64,000 nucleotides of DNA, from NCBI RefSeq assembly GCF_055900595.2, contig NZ_CM148325.1; one strand, 5' to 3'. Below, one piece after another: positions 60,952-64,000 of this stretch. Under the pieces are notes generated by a model. It made no database searches. It was not told the origin of the DNA and saw only the letters and a program-made list of their open reading frames with translations. Every line of letters begins with the position of its first letter. The first letter of the stretch is position 1. A program made the translations under genes and the position numbers.

Positions 60952-62115
60952 TTAGCCAGCAATATAATGCGGAACGAAACGTGAGGTGTCTTTGGTGATC
61001 AGCGTGTTATCTTCACGGATCCCCATTCCGCACGCTTCATCATCAACAATCCAGCTACCAATGAGTGTGTAGCTATCGCCAAATCGTGGCAGAGGTTGAA
61101 ATGCCTGGTAGATCATCGGTTCATCGGCATAATCACCCTCAGCGTGGTCAACGACGTTATTCTGACCATCGAAAATGGTGACGTTACCGCCCTCGCGTGA
61201 GTAGATCGGTTTACGCACATAGCTTTCGCCAGCGGCAATCTGCGGTTTTTCGCCATCAAACCAGGATGCAAGTAGGTTAGGATGACCAGGAAAGAAGCGC
61301 CAAAGCAGCGGCATTAACCCTTTGTTGCTCAAGATACTTTTCCATAACGGCTCCACCCATTGCTCGCGGCGCTTGCGCAGCAGCGGACCGTTATCGTCAC
61401 GCATCATCCATTCCAGCGGATACAGCTTAAATGCACGCTGGATGACATTATCATCAAGATCGGTCAGTACACCGCCGACGCCTAAACCGAGATCTTCAAT
61501 GTAGATAAACCGTGACTCCTGCCCAGCCTGCTGAGCGCAGTCCTGCAAGTACAGCACAGTACTCCTGTCTTCGTCGGTATCCTGACAACAGCAGAAATAA
61601 AACGGTTCCCGACTGTAAAGCTCGCTAAAACGCGAAATCAGGCGTTCCTGAATGGCATTGTACTGATCGGCATCACGCGGAATACTGCCGCTACGCCGCG
61701 CATCTTCCAGCCACAGCCACTGGAAATAAGCCGACTCATACAATGAGGTCGGCGTATCGGCGTTGTACTCCAGCAGCTTCACCGGCGCATTACCACACCA
61801 GGCAAAATCCATCCGACCATACAGCGAAGGATCGCGTGCGCGCCAGCTTTCAGCGATCACATCCCAGTACAGCGGGGGGATCGCCAGTTGCGTCAGGATC
61901 TCTTCGTCTTGAACCGCACGATCCACCACCTCAAGGCACATCTGATGCAGTTCCGCAGTTGGTTTTTCGATCTGCTCTTCTATCTGCCGCAGAGTAAAGC
62001 GGTAAGCCAGACTCTCATCCCAATAAATTTCATTATCGATGATATGAAAGTCGAAACCGTTGTCGGCGGCGATCTGGTCCAGATCCCGTCGTACAGGAAC
62101 GTTGTGTCTCAGCAT
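60952..62115 (-). CDS. yjfC: Glutathionylspermidine synthase-like ATP-grasp protein
   Basis: 387-aa ORF; last gene of the yjfJKLMC cluster. Confidence 0.85.
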   Translation of the reverse strand: MLRHNVPVRRDLDQIAADNGFDFHIIDNEIYWDESLAYRFTLRQIEEQIEKPTAELHQMCLEVVDRAVQDEEILTQLAIPPLYWDVIAESWRARDPSLYGRMDFAWCGNAPVKLLEYNADTPTSLYESAYFQWLWLEDARRSGSIPRDADQYNAIQERLISRFSELYSREPFYFCCCQDTDEDRSTVLYLQDCAQQAGQESRFIYIEDLGLGVGGVLTDLDDNVIQRAFKLYPLEWMMRDDNGPLLRKRREQWVEPLWKSILSNKGLMPLLWRFFPGHPNLLASWFDGEKPQIAAGESYVRKPIYSREGGNVTIFDGQNNVVDHAEGDYADEPMIYQAFQPLPRFGDSYTLIGSWIVDDEACGMGIREDNTLITKDTSRFVPHYIAG

Positions 62116-62117
62116 GA

Positions 62118-62756
62118 TTAGCCTCCCCAGTGCCCACGGGCGCTGGAAGAACGACCATAGCCGCCGCGAGAAACAGTTGACGCTTTTCTGGTGGTAAAGC
62201 CGCCCGAGGAGTAAGACTCTTTTTTGCCAGAACCGGAGCGCCAGGAGTAATCACCGGAAGTATTGCGCCAGACGGGGCGGGAAGCAAATGAGGATCCACC
62301 GCTGTTATAAACGAACGGCTCATCGCGATCTTTACGAATAACCCGGCTTAATAAAAATCCAGAAATGACCGGGATCCAACTCTGTTCAACATTGTCGTAG
62401 TAGCAATTTTCGTACTTAGACTGACAATTCTGCTGAGTCATATTCTTCGGAACATCGGCATAAAATGCCGCTTTGGCATTGTTCCAGCCATGAGCACAGA
62501 TATCTGAATTATTACCGTCATCAATACAATCCTGCACTGTCGAGTAAAACGTTCCGTCACCGTCGTTATCGACATCACCACTATCGCCACAACCTTTCAA
62601 TACAAAAAAAGCTGCACCGCCCATTAGCGCCAACGTTAAGTATTTTTGTGCGTAGCGATTGCGTCGCGGCTCAAAAGGATTATTAGGTCTTCCAATGCGA
62701 CTGATCGCTCCGTGACCAATTTTACTGTTATTTCTTGATTTGCGTTTTCTGGCCAT
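62118..62756 (-). CDS. yjfM: DUF1190 protein
   Basis: 212-aa ORF with an N-terminal hydrophobic segment and a Gly/Ser-rich C-terminus. Confidence 0.8.
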   Translation of the reverse strand: MARKRKSRNNSKIGHGAISRIGRPNNPFEPRRNRYAQKYLTLALMGGAAFFVLKGCGDSGDVDNDGDGTFYSTVQDCIDDGNNSDICAHGWNNAKAAFYADVPKNMTQQNCQSKYENCYYDNVEQSWIPVISGFLLSRVIRKDRDEPFVYNSGGSSFASRPVWRNTSGDYSWRSGSGKKESYSSGGFTTRKASTVSRGGYGRSSSARGHWGG

Positions 62757-62765
62757 GATCGTCCA

Positions 62766-63164
62766 TTACCATGTCATACAAGCTGCGTTAAAAATACCGC
62801 CAGCCAGCGCGGCGGTTCCCATAAACATTCCTGCTGCGGTATTGTGATTAATAATTTTTTCGCTTAATGCTGGCATATAAAGTCTGACGCCAGCAAAAAC
62901 GAGTAACTGAATCACCAGTGCGATCCCGCCCCAGGCAAAATAATCCGGAATACTCACCGCATTGATTGCCGCACTAGATAATGGGATCACGTAACCCAAC
63001 AATGTACCACTGAACGCCAGTGCCGCCGCGGTATTATTGTTTTTAATTAACTGCCATTCGTTGTGCGGTGTAATTTTGGAGTAGATAAACAGAAAAATAA
63101 TCACCATAGCCACGCCAATAAAAAAATAGGCGCTAAAGGCAAGAAGTGAATCCAGTATATGCAT
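62766..63164 (-). CDS. yjfL: DUF350 small membrane protein
   Basis: 132-aa ORF with about four predicted TM helices. Confidence 0.8.
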   Translation of the reverse strand: MHILDSLLAFSAYFFIGVAMVIIFLFIYSKITPHNEWQLIKNNNTAAALAFSGTLLGYVIPLSSAAINAVSIPDYFAWGGIALVIQLLVFAGVRLYMPALSEKIINHNTAAGMFMGTAALAGGIFNAACMTW

Positions 63165-63181
63165 CGTAAACGTCCTTGTAA

Positions 63182-63841
63182 TTAACCAATAATATGAAGT
63201 GATGTCAGTGGGATATCAACACCCAGTGCGCGCGAAAATAACCACTCCGGCTCGCCGAGATCGTTAAAAGATTCCTCACCATTTAACAGCAAATATTCAC
63301 AGGTATCTTCGGTCACCTGCCGTTCATAGCCCATGGTAAAATTATGCACTTCCCATTTGGCGTGGTTTTGATTTTCAACTTTTTCCAGCATATAGACGGG
63401 TTCGATATTCCCCGGTTCTTCGCTGTTAAAAAATCGCTGCCAGCGTTTTTCCTGCCAGTTTAAAGTCATTGCCCCCATCGCTTTGGCATTGATCGCCTCG
63501 CGCCAGTGGCTCTCTTTACTGATACCGTAGCTCTCTTCATAGACAAAGAGCTTGATATCATCAATGTCATCAATATCTTCGCCGCCGGTGGTATTGATTT
63601 GCAGAAATTCATCGCCCGAAGTGTAGTAGCGGAAAATCTGACTACCGCCGCCCAGATCGATGTGGCTGACAGCGGCTACCGTAAATTCTTCACCCGGCAG
63701 CGCAATCAGCAATTCATCTTCCAGCAAACGAAACGCTAACGTGTCGAGCGTAAAGCCGCTATTGAGATGAAGTCCCAGTGGGCCACGTGCGATTGCAGGT
63801 TTATCATCCTTACCAAACAGACGCTTGAAAAAACTTGTCAT
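63182..63841 (-). CDS. yjfK: DUF2491 protein
   Basis: 219-aa soluble ORF; start codon overlaps the yjfJ stop (ATGA). Confidence 0.8.
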   Translation of the reverse strand: MTSFFKRLFGKDDKPAIARGPLGLHLNSGFTLDTLAFRLLEDELLIALPGEEFTVAAVSHIDLGGGSQIFRYYTSGDEFLQINTTGGEDIDDIDDIKLFVYEESYGISKESHWREAINAKAMGAMTLNWQEKRWQRFFNSEEPGNIEPVYMLEKVENQNHAKWEVHNFTMGYERQVTEDTCEYLLLNGEESFNDLGEPEWLFSRALGVDIPLTSLHIIG

Positions 63842-64000
63842 ATGCTTCCCTCAATGTCCTGCCATGCCACTTCTTCAGCCAAAATACGGTTATTGCCAAT
63901 AAGATGCAGCCACATACCGCCTTTAACTTCCGTTGCAATGACTGGATTCAGTTCCATTCCCCTACCATTTTTACAACTGCTTATTCCCAGGACGGTGGCA
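63838..64000 (-). CDS. yjfJ: PspA/IM30-family protein YjfJ, C-terminal end (5' end outside window)
   Basis: Open frame running from the window edge to the TGA at 63838-63840; too short for the ORF track; assigned by gene order. Confidence 0.5.
   Translation of the reverse strand, partial: ATVLGISSCKNGRGMELNPVIATEVKGGMWLHLIGNNRILAEEVAWQDIEGSI

Overview
This window reads as an Escherichia coli chromosomal segment, collinear (in reverse orientation) with the K-12 region from treR to yjfJ at roughly 95-96 min. All identifications come from reading the supplied six-frame translations and the DNA by eye and recalling known protein families and the K-12 map; no database search or computation was run, so every comparison with K-12 is from memory. 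Gene order: treR(partial)-treB-treC, nrdD-nrdG, cybC, pmbA, yjgA, mpl, fbp, yjfF-ytfT-ytfR-ytfQ, ppa, ytfP, tamB-tamA, msrA, ytfL, ytfK, ytfJ, ytfI-like, cysQ, cpdB, ytfH, qorB, ytfF, ytfE, cycA, fklB, ytfB, an accessory island, yjfZ, rplI-rpsR-priB-rpsF, yjfY, a YagU-like gene, ulaFEDCBA, ulaG, ulaR, yjfP, bsmA, yjfN, aidB, yjfC-yjfM-yjfL-yjfK-yjfJ(partial). Most of it is ordinary core genome. Many ORF-track starts were trimmed to internal start codons that match the lengths I recall for the known proteins. The parts worth a second look are: (1) an ~8 kb TetR-linked operon at 38.5-46.9 kb combining an SDR, a sugar-phosphate isomerase-like TIM barrel, a crotonase, a CoA-transferase, a fumarate-reductase-like flavoprotein and an ExuT-like MFS transporter, where I recall only a short ytfA remnant in K-12, and this is the best candidate for an undescribed system; (2) a solitary RelB-like antitoxin gene with a palindromic operator between nrdG and cybC; (3) a YagU/DUF1440-like membrane protein gene between yjfY and ulaF; (4) no chpS-chpB module between ppa and ytfP; (5) an AT-rich ytfI-like gene of unknown function; (6) the PspA-family yjfJKLMC operon at the window end. 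No rRNA, tRNA, CRISPR array, IS element or integrase was recognised; six clusters of REP/BIME repeats were seen.
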